DNA from: Octopus vulgaris
Lineage: Eukaryota
Direction of reading: 5' to 3'
DNA length: 124,000 nt
Assembly (NCBI GenBank): GCA_951406725.2
Contig: OX597825.1
Span: forward strand, 14,900,001-15,024,000
A model generated the notes under the pieces. It did no database searches. It saw only the letters and a list, made by a program, of their open reading frames with translations, and was not told the DNA's origin. This document shows positions 58,530 to 73,341 of the stretch, piece by piece. Numbering within the stretch: the first letter of the stretch is position 1; each line of letters begins with the position of its first letter. Position numbers and translations under genes: made by a program.

Positions 58530-60085
58530 AATATCTATTGTTAATCGTGACCGGCAGAATCTCATAAAAGAGTTAGAACCAGCGGAGGGCTACAAATAAC
58601 TAGGGGTATTGGAAAGAGAGGGAGTCAAACATTCAGTGATGAGGAAATGTATCGGAAGAGAATGTTATCGCAGCTTAAGAGCAATACTCAAGACATAGCT
58701 GAATGCAAGAAATAGGATCGAAGCGATCAATACTTTAGCCATACCAGTCGTGACTTACTATTTCAATATCATTAAGTGGTCAGTTACTGAAATATCTAAT
58801 CTTGACAGAAAAATAAAATAATTGTTGAAAAGGCATATAATGAACCACCCCCATATGGCAGATATAGAACGATTTTGCCAAGAACAGAGGGTCGCCGTGA
58901 AAAGTTACAACGAAGGCTGCTACAATTGCCCTAGACACCTACCTAAAAAATGCTGATAACTGGATGTTAAATAGTCTCAAAGCATGAAAACAAGAAGACA
59001 TCGTACTCGATAACAAAACTGGCAACAGAATACCTAAGTGAATTTCAAACACAACAAATTCCAGAATAAGTCGTATTAGAAACAAACACAGAAAAAGCTA
59101 AGCGTATGAAAACCCGTGCTAAAACTGCTACCTTACATATTCTTACTGATAAATGGCAGTAAAGAGCTCCCAATTGTAAATACCCAAAGAGAACTAATAG
59201 TGTCACCAATGGCTAGTGTCTTCTGGCTTAAAATCAGAAACAGAAGGGTTTATCAATGCAGCCCCAATTCAATGCCTAACTACAAGGAACTAACAGTCCA
59301 ACACATTAAAAAACGGTAGTAGCCCAACATGTCGTGTATGTTAACAACAAAATAAAACCATTGATCATGTTGTGTCTATGTGCAGTCTACTTGTGCCTAG
59401 AGATTATCTCAGTAGGCATGATAGAGCTGCACAATATATTCACTGGGTAATTTGCACATACCTGGACCTGCCCCATGATAAAAAGTGGTGGGAACACAAA
59501 CCATCTCCAAAGCTTAAAAACGATCACACCTCACTCCTCTGGTACTTCACCATTCAAAATAACAGAAAGACAGATGGGAATAGGGCAGACATTATATTCA
59601 AACCCTTCAGCTAAAAATCGTGCCTCCTGATTGACATGACAGTTACAAATGACATAAATGTATCTGTGAAGACCTGCCAAAAACTGAACAAGTATAAATA
59701 TCTTGAAATAGACATTCGTAAAATGTGGAACCTCAAGACTAAAACAACACCTTCTGTCATAAGTGCCGTAGGAATGATAGGAGAAGGGGCTAAAATGCTA
59801 CCTAGCTCAGATACCAGGAAACCTCAAAATGTCAGAAATTCAGAAGATAGTGCTCATTGGAACTGCCCATATCCTACGTAAATTACTATCTGTGTAATCT
59901 CAAATTTTAAAACAAACTCATATTTTTCTTGTTTTCTTAATCATACCATAGAACAATAGAATGTACAAAACCAAAATATACGACACCCTAGGCAAAACAC
60001 CAACTTGAACTCCTAACTTATTGTCTCTTGACGTCTATGGGAGAGACTTGCAGCCAACTTGTACAAATACAAAGCAAGAAGAAGA
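58530..60085 (+). mobile_element. R4/Dong-clade (RLE) LINE, 5'-truncated, with 3' UTR and (GAA)n tail
   Basis: YK*LGVLE...AILKT*LNARNRIEAINTLAIPVVTY; zinc knuckle HVVSMCSLL...YLSRHDRAAQYIHW; RLE region NRADII...KSCLLIDMTV...KLNKYKYLEIDIRKMW; frameshifted. Confidence 0.9.
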
Positions 60086-60279
60086 AGAAGAAGAATTTTA
60101 ACTTTTGATACCAGGCGAGCAAATTCAGAGATTACGTTGACCCCAAAATGCAGCTGTCAACCCGTGAAGGAACAAGTCTGAAGTCAACCTTAACGCAAAT
60201 CACAATGACCGGACGAAATGCCACTACGCATTTTTGTCCGGCGTACAAAAGATTTTGCCACTTCACCACCTTAATAACA

Positions 60280-60292
60280 ACAACAACAACAA

Positions 60293-60335
<43 letters not shown>

Positions 60336-60600
60336 AATAATCCTTTCTACTATTGGCATAAGCCTCCTTTCTATTAGGTAGACCCTTATGCGCAACTTAA
60401 TTTATCGAACCAGAAAGGATGAAAAGAAGAAGAAGAAAGAAGAAAGAAGAAGAAGAAGAAGAAGGAGAGGAAGAAGAAAAAGAAGAAGAAGAAGAAGAAG
60501 AAGAAGAAGAAGAAGAAGAAGAACAACAACAACAACAACAAGAACAAGAACAAGAAGAACAAGAACAAAAACAAGAACAAAGAGAACAAGAAATGAAATA
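60280..60600. repeat. (AAC/AAT)n and (GAA)n/(CAA)n trinucleotide tracts
   Basis: Directly visible. Confidence 0.95.
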
Positions 60601-61262
60601 ATATTTGGAATATTAATAATGACAATGTTATTAATATTGTGAAGTAACAAATAAGTAGCTATAAAAATATCGTACATATTTATAAATGGAGACCATAGTA
60701 ATTTTTTTTTTAATCACACCGTTTGAGATATGTTTTAACAAAAGTATCAGCCATTACATCTCAATCAACGGAAGCCTTCAGAGCCTTCTTAAATTTCAAA
60801 TGAAGAACAGGACTAAGATAGCGAATTGATACTATGCATAGATCGGACATTTTTAATTGATTATAAGCGTCACAAATTCAGGCAGAACATTAATCAAATT
60901 GCTCTTCAAATTATTATCTTTCTAAGACTATATTTCGTTCTATATTTTTACCAGATTCTGTACTCATTATGCATACATTTTAAATTTTAATATTTTATTC
61001 TTTTAAATTTGCACCAGTATATTCTGGTGATAAATTGCTTCATTGTGTGCTGATTGAATCAATTTGCCTGTTATTGTTCTTATATACGCCATATCGGTTA
61101 TTTTATGTATTCGTCAATTTAGCTACTGTAATTAAATTATTTTAGATTGAGATTCCAGAAAAAAACAACAACTATATTTAAATTCGTAAGACACACGAAC
61201 TCTTATGAGGCCGCTGTATGTACGCAAACATATATCTATAATCTCTCCCTCTCTCTGTCTCT

Positions 61263-61298
<36 letters not shown>

Positions 61299-62011
61299 AT
61301 ATAGATATATATGTATGCGTCTGTGTGTGTGTGTGTCTTTGTGTGTGTGTGTGTGTCTAAATTTTAAATAATAAGGGTAAAAATTGTATAGTAATTAGAT
61401 TAATATCAATTTAACACCAGTGGTCTAGCATATTGAAAAATCTGAATTTTAAGAAAAAAATATATTATATACATATAAGTGGAGATGACCTGTATGTGGA
61501 CATCCACTATGCTAGAAGAAGATCAGCCATGATCTTACCACTAACAAAGGAATGTTCTCAAGAAAATTTAGCAAACGCCAGAACATTCTATGGTGATAAA
61601 TCAGTTAATGTCGGACTATCTACAAGACTCTCAGCGTACTGGAAACCATATATCCAGCTTTATCTACACATAAGTATAGACTGTAGGGTGTAGGGTTAGT
61701 AGTAAGGGAATGCTTGATGGGGATAATCTTGCAACATCCTGACTAAGATAGAGCAGAGGCAGAGAAGTATGTTGCTCCCTACTAACTATACTGTAAAATG
61801 GATTTTGCACTCCTTCAAATTTAGATGTTGGGCTGAAAACGTCTTATCTTCAAACGTATTAAGGGTATTTAGCTTTCAGTTGCATCTGGCTTTTATAGTG
61901 ACACAACATAGCGTCAGGTTTATCTCGAATCTCAAGTGTTTGAATGCCATTCAACACAAAATGGCATCTTTCATGAAGTTCCATTCATTGAAAGAGGGGG
62001 TGAAGAATTTA

Positions 62012-62418
62012 TTCTTTTACTCTTTTTACTTGTTTCAGTCATTTGACTGCGGCCATGCTGGAGCACCGCCTTTAATCGAGCAAATCGACCCCGGGACTAA
62101 TTCTTTTGTAAGCCCAGTACTTATTCTATCGGTCTCTTTTGCTGAACCGCTAAGTAACGGGGACATAAACACACCAGCATCGGTTGTCAAGCAATGCTAG
62201 GGGGACAAATACAGACACACAAACACACATACATATATATATATATATATACATATATACGACTGGCTTCTTTCAGTTTCCGTCTACCAAATCCACTCAC
62301 AAGGCATTGGTCTGCCCGGGGCTATAGCAGAAGACACTTGCCCAAGATGCCACGCAGTGGGACTGAACCCGGAAACATGTGCTTGGTAAACAAGCTACTT
62401 ACCACACAGCCACTCCTG
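62012..62418 (-). mobile_element. SINE family B
   Basis: Near-identical to 13741 and 86985. Confidence 0.9.
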
Positions 62419-63651
62419 ACAATGTTGGTTTAAAAGGAATTAAGCATAATATGTCTTTGGTACTTCCACTGACCGATCCCAGCGAGTGTAAATGTTTACT
62501 GATAGTTTCAGTTATATAATGTGTGTGGATTTGCGTCTGTAAAGGATGGTACCACAAGCAAGAATATCAGCAAAAAATATATACCTACATGAGTTGAGTT
62601 TTGGACAACTAATAAAAAGAGCAAATGTCCCTGTAGTGATCGATGTGTGCCCAATATATTTTATATATGTGTAAAAGAGGCAACATTGGACTTTTCCCCA
62701 CTGCCGATGATTTCATGTTAACCGTTCGACTAGATATGTTAACCCGCTATATAGAAGATGTTGAAGATGTTTAATGTAATAACAACTTCATGGAAACTAC
62801 TGTCTACTGTAGTGGATTCATATCTGTTTGCTTGGAGGCAAAGGGCATACCGCACACTAGATCATGTTGCTACACCTTTGGGCGAAACATGTGTCGTATA
62901 TCTAGGCACGCCATTGCACTTTCTGAGTTGAAAACAACAGCGGATAAATACAATAAGAGACAAATACTGATTAATTTCTAACTCAATTTGCTTTCTCCTA
63001 CCGATGCTACAAGACAGTAATATATAAAACTTTACGTTATGTTTAAATGTTTGCATCTAAGAAAGTTTTCTGCCGCAAATATTTCTTTTTTATATATGAT
63101 ATAATCGCGGATACACTTAACGTTATATTTTTCAACAGTTGTATAATTATTACAGTCATTTTTATCAAAATATTATTCAATACTACCGTCTCAATGGATT
63201 TTCTTGTCTGTCTTATAATACATCTAATTCATATTCAGCAGCAGAACAAGCACAAAACACCTGATCGGTTTCGTTTTTATGTATTAGAAAAGCGTCACTT
63301 TAACTGAACTAAATTGTTTTTTTCTCTCATGACAATAATATATACCTTAGTCTGTCTACGCAATCGTTTATTTATTTGTCACTGATATCGAGTAATCTTA
63401 ACGTCTCAGTATACGATTCTAGTATACAATATTATTTTTCTTTCTGTACTTGCCTCGCCCTCCTTAATACTTCCTCATCACTAAAGTTCAAATTACAAGC
63501 TTTGAAAAGTATCTTGCACGTATCCAACTATATTATGAAAAATGTGGGTTCTGTCCTTATTCTAGCATGTCTTAGATTGTTTATGCTTATTCTGAAACAG
63601 CCTGATGTTTACCTAGAATACGCAAGAAAGTTATAGACACAAGTATGCGTA

Positions 63652-63746
<95 letters not shown>

Positions 63747-64230
63747 TACTTATGGTATCATAAGCAAGTATATAAACAAAGAATATATACCTTCATCAGT
63801 ATACTTGCTTATGATACCATATTGTTGTTTACGATAGCATCAGTGACTTAGAATGCGCCAAAAACTATACTTGACTAAGTTGTTATGGTGTAACAGCCCC
63901 TACTGTTTGTTTTCACTGTCCTGTTTTTGTTACCAACTTTGACCATCCGCAAATCCCAAATTTTACTTTGCTTTGCGGGAGAAACTCTTTCCTCTAAGAT
64001 ATATCTTGTCGTAATTGATCGAAACGTGGAGTAGACAAACAGCGGACAACTGACAAAGGGTCGTTCTTTATGCTACTAGTCTCGTCTTCCATTTATTTTA
64101 TCAGTTGTTCGCAAACAAGTTCGTATTCCATGTTTCCGTATTCATGTCGTTTACGATTTTTGACGTCATGCACCTTTATATGCATATGTATATTCATACA
64201 TATGTATGTATAAATGCATATATACATATT

Positions 64231-64315
<85 letters not shown>

Positions 64316-65312
64316 CATATGAATACCTGGTTTCCAACGTTTCATTTGTCCATGATCCATTACGCCTATGGTATGGGCAGATACCTAGAAGAACATTCAT
64401 GTGGCTCATTTAAAGACTACTCAAGTACATATTAGTTTCTCCTATTTTTCCAGTTAGTTATCATAATTCTCTGAAGATACCTATCTTGAAATCTGCAATT
64501 TTATCCTCTCGTCATTTTTATAGAACTGTTTTCATATACACAGTTTAGTAATATCAATGTATGCTGACATTAAAATTTGGTCATCTTTTTGACGGAGGTA
64601 AAGGCAAGGTTTTGCTACTGACAGTCACATTTTCGAACCACGTCTTTGTTATGTTATTCAGGTACGATAATTATTTCAAATAGGAGAACTGATAAACTAC
64701 TTTCACCATTTGACATCCATTGATAACTGGATTATATCTTTATATTTTCCTTCCTAATCGTTGATTCAGTTTAGTTGCAAATAGAGAATAAACTATAAAC
64801 TCCATAGCTTACACATTTTAATCATCTTAAATATCGTTATCTTGTTATAACACAGTATAATGTTACTCTTATTTAATTAAGAGCTAGCAACTTCAATATA
64901 AATAATCAATTTCGCAGCAATTCTTTTACAGACTTTAAATTACCCATAAAAATATTTCTTGTACTTTTCTCAAAAGACGATTTATGCATCGACTTAAAAC
65001 AGAAAGATGTCGAATCTGTCCTACCTCTCCAAACACTCGTTACGTACCAGATAGAAGAAGCTGTTATCATTTTACCATACCCTACACAGATAAAGGGGGC
65101 AGTTAGAGGTTCAATAAGGAGAAGTGAAGTGCTGTCCATCCTTATTTAATATATACAATCAATATATGATGTTAGAAAATACGAAGTGAAATTTCGGACT
65201 GTGAGCATTTTTCCCTTCAAATCGGAATAACTATACTGTGGTTCTATCATATACACTATTTTCTATTTTTGTGGCTGTAAAGAACTTATTACACACACTT
65301 GGGTGAATGAAC

Positions 65313-65382
<70 letters not shown>

Positions 65383-65855
65383 TATCATATCATATCAATA
65401 TGATTCAGTTGAGTTAGGTACTTAAATTGAAGCTCCTTGTTAGGTCGTAATAATATACACAGACAGCAATATTAGGTAAATACCAAACTTGATACGTATG
65501 TACTGGCCGAAAGATATTCTTGCAGCATATGTAGGCAATTTGACCTAGCTGAGAGAAGAAATTTGCTCTTTAGCTATTCAAACATGTACACCATATTAAA
65601 TATACAATCCCTAATATTCACGAAGGGCAGATTGCGAGAGAAGTAAATAAAATACAAGCAACTAACAGCATAACTACAAGTGTCAATGCATTACGGCTCT
65701 TTCTAACAACTCCTTTAATTCCTTAATGAAAACATTACATCATTGCAAAGAAACTGTTGTTGTCAAATGAATTCATGTAATGTTTTCTTTAATCAATTAA
65801 AGGAGTCTTTAGAAACGGCCGTAATTTATTGACAACTGTACCTCTACCGCTATTC

Positions 65856-65920
<65 letters not shown>

Positions 65921-66090
65921 AATGATTTTGGGCGTGTGTGTTTACGTATATGTATGGAAAAGCATACAAATATGAACTCACATGCAAGATACAAACTTAT
66001 AATACATACATCCGTACCTATATACATGAACTACATGAACATTCTTCTATGCATAAGCATATCTAAATATGTAAAGTGGAATTTTCTTTG

Positions 66091-66123
<33 letters not shown>

Positions 66124-66365
66124 CGCATACATCCATGCTCACACATATTTCTAAATATATGTATATATATATATATGTATAAACGTTCATATAAATACAA
66201 CATATACAATGCATATATACTTATGTCTAAATAGTTGGTAACTATCAATGCTGCAGAAACGAATTAGTGGCGTATATATATATATGCATATATACATATA
66301 CATATGGATATATATATATGTACATACACATATATGTATATATGCATATATATATGTACATACAC

Positions 66366-66397
<32 letters not shown>

Positions 66398-66519
66398 GCA
66401 TATATACATATACATGTATATATATATATATATATATATGCATATATACATATACATATGGATATATATATATGTACATACACATATATGTATATATGCA
66501 TATATATATGTACATACAC

Positions 66520-66574
<55 letters not shown>

Positions 66575-67547
66575 TTATATATATCAGGATATTTCGTGAA
66601 ATTGAATTTCATAGACTAAAAATTATAAACGCGTTACGTGTTACCAAAATTATAACTTGATAAAAATAATTGTGAAAAAAGAACAATAAGATGTAGGTTT
66701 ATCTTTAGTAGGTACGTGAATATATATTTTTGTCGAAAATATTATCTCAAAGACATTTTCCTCTTCTCGAGACAAATATAATGAAATTATTGCATTATTC
66801 CTTTCACTAAGATTTTTAAAATAGAAGGGAAAATGTTAGAAATATGCTACGCTGATTTTAGTTACTGAAAGGCTGTAAATGCTTTTAAAAATAAATATCT
66901 TTTTTTTCCAGTTGTTGTTGTTTTTAAGTAGATAAAATGATGATATTACGGTTTATATTCTTCTCTATCTATATAAACTATAAAGAATGGATGATATACC
67001 CTTTAAAATAGTGTGGTGTAAAAATATATGATAATAAAGCAGTAATCTGCTCACACACACACACCTCCATATGTTCGTGCAGACAAGAAGTGCAGAAGTG
67101 CAGAACAAACTGCATAAATAAATCAATAGGGAAAACTGTAATATAAAGGAAAAATATAACAAGCATTATTAAGCGAAAATAAAACGAAAAAAGATTTGCT
67201 TATAAAGAGAAACCGAGATTAGATTACCAGCATAAAATCCAAAAAATGTAATTTATAATATTGTAATAACCTAAATGAAAATATGAAACTGTGTAAAACT
67301 ACAAAGAACTGTATTCTAGTTTCCTGGAAAATACCTGAAGCAATCTATGTTTTATGTTTTTTTTGTTAATCTATTTCTATTCGGGATATATATTTCTTGA
67401 ACTCTATCTTTGCACTAGTTCTCGTGTTGCTATATGATCTTTTGCATTTTATATAGAAAATAAATTTATGTACTTTGTACGCAGAAAAGCCGGATATAAT
67501 TACATAGAAATTTATTTGATTGGTTTTTCATTATTATATATTGCCTA

Positions 67548-68335
67548 AAGATAAGGCGGCGAGCTGGCAGACATGTTAGCATGCCGGGCGAAATGCTTAG
67601 CCGTATTTCGTCTGCCGTTACGTTCTGAGTTCAAATTCCGCCGTGGTTGACTTTGCCTTTCATCTTTTCGGGGTCGATAAATCAAGTAGCAGTTACGCAC
67701 AGGGGTCGATGTAATCGACTTAATCCCTTTGTCTTTCCTTGTTTGTCCCCTCAGTGTTTAGCCCCTTGTGGATAGTAAAGAAATATATATTACCTAAAGA
67801 TGGCGACGGCGGCATATCATCAGTGTTTACGTTCTGAGTTCAAATTGTGACGAGGGCGATTTCGCCTTTGATCATACAATTTGCGTTGTTGGGATCGATA
67901 TAATCGAATTATCTCCTACCAGGAAATTCCTGGCCGTGTGTCAATATTTGAAACCATTATGTATTTCGTTTAACGTCGGCGAATCTCCTTAATGTATCCT
68001 AGGACTATTTAAGGCGGCGAACTGGCAGTATCGTTAGCACGCCAGGCAAAATACCTGGTGGCATTTCACGCGTCATTTCGTTCTAAGTTCAGTTTCCGTC
68101 GAAGTCACCTCTGCTTTTCATTCTTTCGATATCGATTAAATAAGTACCAGTTGAGCATTGGCCTTAAGTTGTGAGTTAAAATTCCGCCGAAGTCAAATTT
68201 GCCTTTCATCCCGTCGGGGTCGATAACTTAAATACCAGTTACGCACTGGGGTCGATGTGATCGACTTAATCCATTTGTCTGTCCTTGTTTGTCACCTCTA
68301 TGTTTAGCCCCCAGTGGGCAATAAAGAAAATAAGA
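67548..68335 (+). mobile_element. Cluster of family A SINEs of different ages
   Basis: First copy 67548-67785 has TSD atatattgcctaaagat/atatattacctaaagat; diverged copies follow at ~67800, ~68010 and ~68170. Confidence 0.85.
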
Positions 68336-69483
68336 TTTGAAACTAATATATCATATTGCTAATTATAAAGGAGACGAACGTATGTTTAATGCACTCGAGA
68401 ACCAACTTTAGAGAGGGGGATTCTTCACAAGACATAGCTTTCAGCATTTAGAAGCCACATCATAAACCAAATATAAAACGTACTCTTATGCACAAACAGT
68501 TTGGTCGCCTTCTGTCATCTTTAAAAGTCTTAAACAATAATAATAGGATTTCTAGTCTCGCCTCTTCTAAAAAACTTTCTAGTTTTTTAACGGTTACTCA
68601 GCATACTGTACTGATGCTTTATTGCAGAGAGTGTATGGTGAGAAATTATATTATGCACATAATGTTAAAGTTAAACAGCAAGTTAATAATCAGATTTATA
68701 TTCCGAGTAACATTAACACGACTCCTGACGATAAATTTAAAAGCTCTATGCTTACCTTATAAATTATCTTTTCTGGCATATGCTAAATGGCTACGCAACT
68801 ATAATGCTACTAAAATGAAACGAAATCATGAATTAACCTCATAATATGCATAGATACAAACCTTCACTGACACTACAAATTAAGTCTTCCACATATCAAA
68901 ATAATACTAGCGCTTTCTGACTAAACTTATTAGCGCCACTATAGATAATGACTATATTTCAGGGGATTACTAACATAATATCACATGCAATAGAAAAAAG
69001 AAAAAAAACTAGTAATCAAAATACCTGTTGTATTCGCATACACAGGAAATATCAGCCTTTGTGGTAATCCAATATTTAAAGGTAATAAAAATCCCTGTGG
69101 TGTCTCAGATATCGATAGTGGTAAACATAATTCTCAATCTACACACTCCAAATATACATCTCTCTAATTCATGTAAAAACGTAAGGCATGGTTCTTCGAT
69201 CATTCATAACGATGTCCTATATTTCAAGCGTCCCGAGACAGAAAACGGGATAAAACTTGGTATAATGTTCCATTTGAACTATCAGCTCAAAGCAAAACTC
69301 CTCACATATCCTTTAAAATTAAGGCCTATTTCCCACCAAAACATCACCTCTACGGCATATCCAACAAAGTTACTCGGACACTTTCTTCTATACACTTAAT
69401 TTCACAACAATTACAATCGTTCAAAATTAAAGTTTCACGATATTTTCAAACAGAAATAATCACTTTAATACTTACCGACCCTC

Positions 69484-69534
<51 letters not shown>

Positions 69535-69689
69535 TCGTCTCTTTTATTAGATAGCTAAACTTTTAGCAGTCTAATATTAATGGTTACAATAACATATTTA
69601 CAATAATAGGGTTTATGGAATTTTATTTTTTTTTAAAGATTTTAAAAAATAGATATTTTAATTTGGATCATTACGCGCACAGGGGCTAG

Positions 69690-70035
69690 ACCAGCGGGCC
69701 CGCTGTCATAGGATCGCGGTTTCGATTCCCAGAGCGGCCGTTGTGAGTGCTTTTTGAGTGAAACTACTTGAAGCTCCACGACGTTCCGGCAGTGGGGTGG
69801 CGAACCCTGCTGTAGTCTTTCACCACAAATTTCTCTCACTCTTTCTTTCTGTTTCTGTTGTACCTGGATTTCAGCCTTATCAAACTCCCTGTCTCTCTGA
69901 ATCTTCCCGAGAACTACGTTAAGGGTACAGATGTCTGTGGAGTGCTTAGCCACTAGCACGTTAATTTCACGAGCAGGCTGCTTCATTGGTCAGATCAGCT
70001 GCAACCCTCGTCGTCGTAACCGATAGAATGCCACG
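69690..70035 (+). mobile_element. tRNA-derived SINE, K centre plus T1 tail
   Basis: Centre gaagctccacga.g.tccggcag...tttctctcactct; tail cccgagaactacgttaagggtac...cgtcgtcgtaaccga. Confidence 0.8.
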
Positions 70036-70191
70036 ACGACACGCACACGTGTTTATATAACTTTTCAGATATATGTAATTTAATGCGCTTTTATGTTCCT
70101 GCTTATATTTATATGAATATAATGATATAGGTCTATAGTTACATATTTGTTTATAAGATTTAAGTTATATGGGAATTATGGTGAGTGTGCT

Positions 70192-70309
70192 CTCTTTTTA
70201 CTCTTTTACTTGTTTCAGTCATTTGACTGCGGCCATGCTGGAGCACCGCCTTTAGTCGATCAAACATCGGTTGTCAAGCAATGCTAGGGGGACAAACACA
70301 GACACACAA

Positions 70310-70340
<31 letters not shown>

Positions 70341-70497
70341 CAACAGGCTTCTTTCAGTTTCCGTCTACCAAATCCACTCACAAGGCATTGGTCAGCCCGG
70401 GGCTATATCAGAAGACACTTGCCCAAGATGCCACGCAGTGGGACTGAACCCGCAACCATGTGGTTGGTTAGCAAGCTACTTACCGCACAGCCACTGC
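70192..70497 (-). mobile_element. SINE family B with internal deletion
   Basis: Lacks the segment between tttagtcga and catcggttgtcaagc seen in full copies. Confidence 0.85.
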
Positions 70498-70617
70498 TGA
70501 ATTCTGTGTACATGTCTGTGCCTAAATGTTCCCAAATGAATATATATATATATATATGTAATTTTTCGTGTTTGGATTTGGTTTGCAAGATGCTATATGT
70601 GAGTTCTTGTGTTGAAT

Positions 70618-70792
70618 CATATTCTGTTGTGTCTGGGGAGAGTCATTTTCCTTTTGTGCCTTACAATGTAACACACACACCGGTAAAATTTAGGAAAATA
70701 AAAATAAGAAATAAGTGGAAATTTTACCGGTGAGTAAATTTTACATTATAAGGCACAAAAAATATGACTCTCCCCAGACACAACAGAATATG
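70618..70792. repeat. Imperfect long inverted repeat (fold-back)
   Basis: catattctgttgtgtctggggagagtcat...caccggtaaaattt / aaattttaccggtg...atgactctccccagacacaacagaatatg. Confidence 0.85.
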
Positions 70793-72149
70793 TAATTTAT
70801 ATTTGCCCTTAAATTCCTTCACAACTGTTCCATTATATTTTAAGACTTGTAAAATATGAGATACTCTTATTTTTCCCATTTATGTTTATCGTATATATGC
70901 ATTCAGTGTGTAACTTCTTCCAAAAGTTTATTATTATTATGGATTATGTTTTCTGGATATGTGGTCGGGTCTAGCTTATCTATGGGTGTGCATGTATGTA
71001 TATGTGTTTGTGTTATAGCGGGATTATTTGTATGCCATCTATACTATTTGAAATATGATTTTATAGTTATGTTTGTATGTATAGTTAGCTATTTATCTCC
71101 TTATTAGTATTTCTCGCTCTATACTTATATCTGTATTAACATTGATATGCGTATATTTATGTGTGTGTGTGTGTGTGTGTAATTTGAAATAGATTTTATA
71201 TCTATTTTATTTCAATTGTATTTTATTTGTGATTTCAGATATATTGTATTCGATATTGTCGTTCATCGAAAGCTTACCGTATTTTTGTTGAATAATGGTA
71301 GAAACCTGTATAGGTGAGATTTGCTTATGACGTCGGTCGCATCTAAGAGACAAATGTGTATATAAGTTATATTACACTCAGAAATAAATAATACGCACAT
71401 TTTGAGAGCTTTTCCCGTTGTTGATACACAATTAAAATTATAAAGCAACTTAGAACGCTTATCAAGACTTTAATATCTACTATATCACGCAACTGTAGGA
71501 ATAACATATTTCTAAGAACTAGGGGTTTTTAAAATTTTATCCAATTGCAACTGCTTTGTTGTGTATTCGGAGACTTTAATGTATTGTCGTTATCTAATTA
71601 TCAGGCCGCTATTAAGATATCTCAAACATTCGAATTACCTGCTGATAGTCTAACAAATCACCTGAGGTAAACAATTGACTTGTGAACTTCGAATACATTG
71701 TATTATACGGCCTTAATAATTTGGAATTTTATTAAAGTAGGTTTGAATTTAAAGCGTCACTCCTGTAAGCAAGAGAATACCAACTTCAAACAATGAATGT
71801 TGAACCAATATTGTTGAGTGAGAAAATGTGAATAACTTTAAATGAACTCACCATATCTTTTAAATAGGATGAATATTATTTCTAACACCCTCTGTTGTTG
71901 AATGTGTTTACTATTCTGAAACAATGCTTATTCTATAGTTCATCTACCTATGGGGATTAAGATCATGAGTAGGTTTTGTCTTAAGATCTTCAGGTGAACA
72001 ATCTTCTTCATACGATTTATACCAAGATTCCGTAACGAAATGGAAATGTTTCACGTATTAGAAAATACCAGCTTTATTACCGATAGGTAGGTATATGATC
72101 TCAGTGGAGATGTTTGATGACCGGCGAAGTATATGAAAAGCAGGGGATC

Positions 72150-72553
72150 TTTTCCGTTTGAACGGCAGTTTTTAACATAATTTCTAGTTAACTAAAAAAT
72201 TTTAAACTTCGTACACTGGTAGAATGTGTTCATAAAACATCTTTTTCTCTTGGCTTTATTGAGAAAATTCTATAGCTTGTAAGATATTTGTGTTTTTCTT
72301 TCTTCAAGTTCTGCAATTTCAACCAATCACTCACGTCTATTGAGGTAAAAAAAAACATTCTGTGCCGTATGAATATGTCCCTCGTTTAAGAAACAGATTG
72401 GGTTTAGTTACATTTGTGAAGAAAAAAGAAACCTTTCCCCCGCACCCCTAATCCTAACCCTAACCCTAACTAACCCTGACCCTAAAACAGTCATAATTAT
72501 GGGTGACAATTTCATATGATATCACTAGAAAGAACTGCCGTCCAAACCGAAAA
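72150..72553. mobile_element. MITE-like element with ~21-bp TIRs and an internal (CCCTAA)n tract
   Basis: ttttccgtttgaacggcagtt / aactgccgtccaaaccgaaaa; (CCCTAA)-like repeats at 72446-72485. Confidence 0.7.
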
Positions 72554-73182
72554 GTTGCAAAAGAGGTACCACATGATACAATTATTTATTCAAATTAACA
72601 ACTCGAGCAACGACAAAACAATTAACGTTCTGCTGCATTTTGCAGCGTTTTCTACATTCTCCAGTTCTCACTACACAGGAAACTGTTATACTGACCTTCT
72701 TCGTAAAGTGCTAATGCCTATAAAATTACTTCGAGCAAAAGAGGAAATGCGACCCATTATCAAAGTAATGGACACTGAGTTTCATGTTTCACATTATTTA
72801 ATCGTTTTATATCATATCAAACTCCAATAACTTTACCATTTCAATATACCGACAATATTTCTTTTATACATATTTGCTAAAATTCAATGACCTTGCTGTA
72901 TTTAGTTTCTCAATTTTCACAAAATTTATGAACGCACGCCAATATTTCAAACGAATGATCATGTGAATTTTTTAGTCTACTGTCACGTTACTGATTTTAA
73001 TTAAAAAAAATAAAATATTAGTAATATTTTTCAAATCAATATAGAAAAGAAATTGCAATTTGATGAAAGACGACATACATGATTTATAAATGGAGACATT
73101 TTGTGATGACTTAGTTATTGCTTCCGTGATATTTTATATATTATGACGCCAAATGTATAATATATTATGCACACACACACAT

Positions 73183-73341
<159 letters not shown>

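Noticed and set aside
61433-61693. Possible RTE-like coding remnant
   Set aside because: Similarity is too vague to support without a profile search.
63985-64035. ...gatcGAAACGTggag as a decayed hammerhead
   Set aside because: Only the GAAACGT half is recognisable; no convincing CUGANGA.
72446-72485. True telomere or chromosome-fusion scar
   Set aside because: Short, degenerate and enclosed within MITE-like TIRs.
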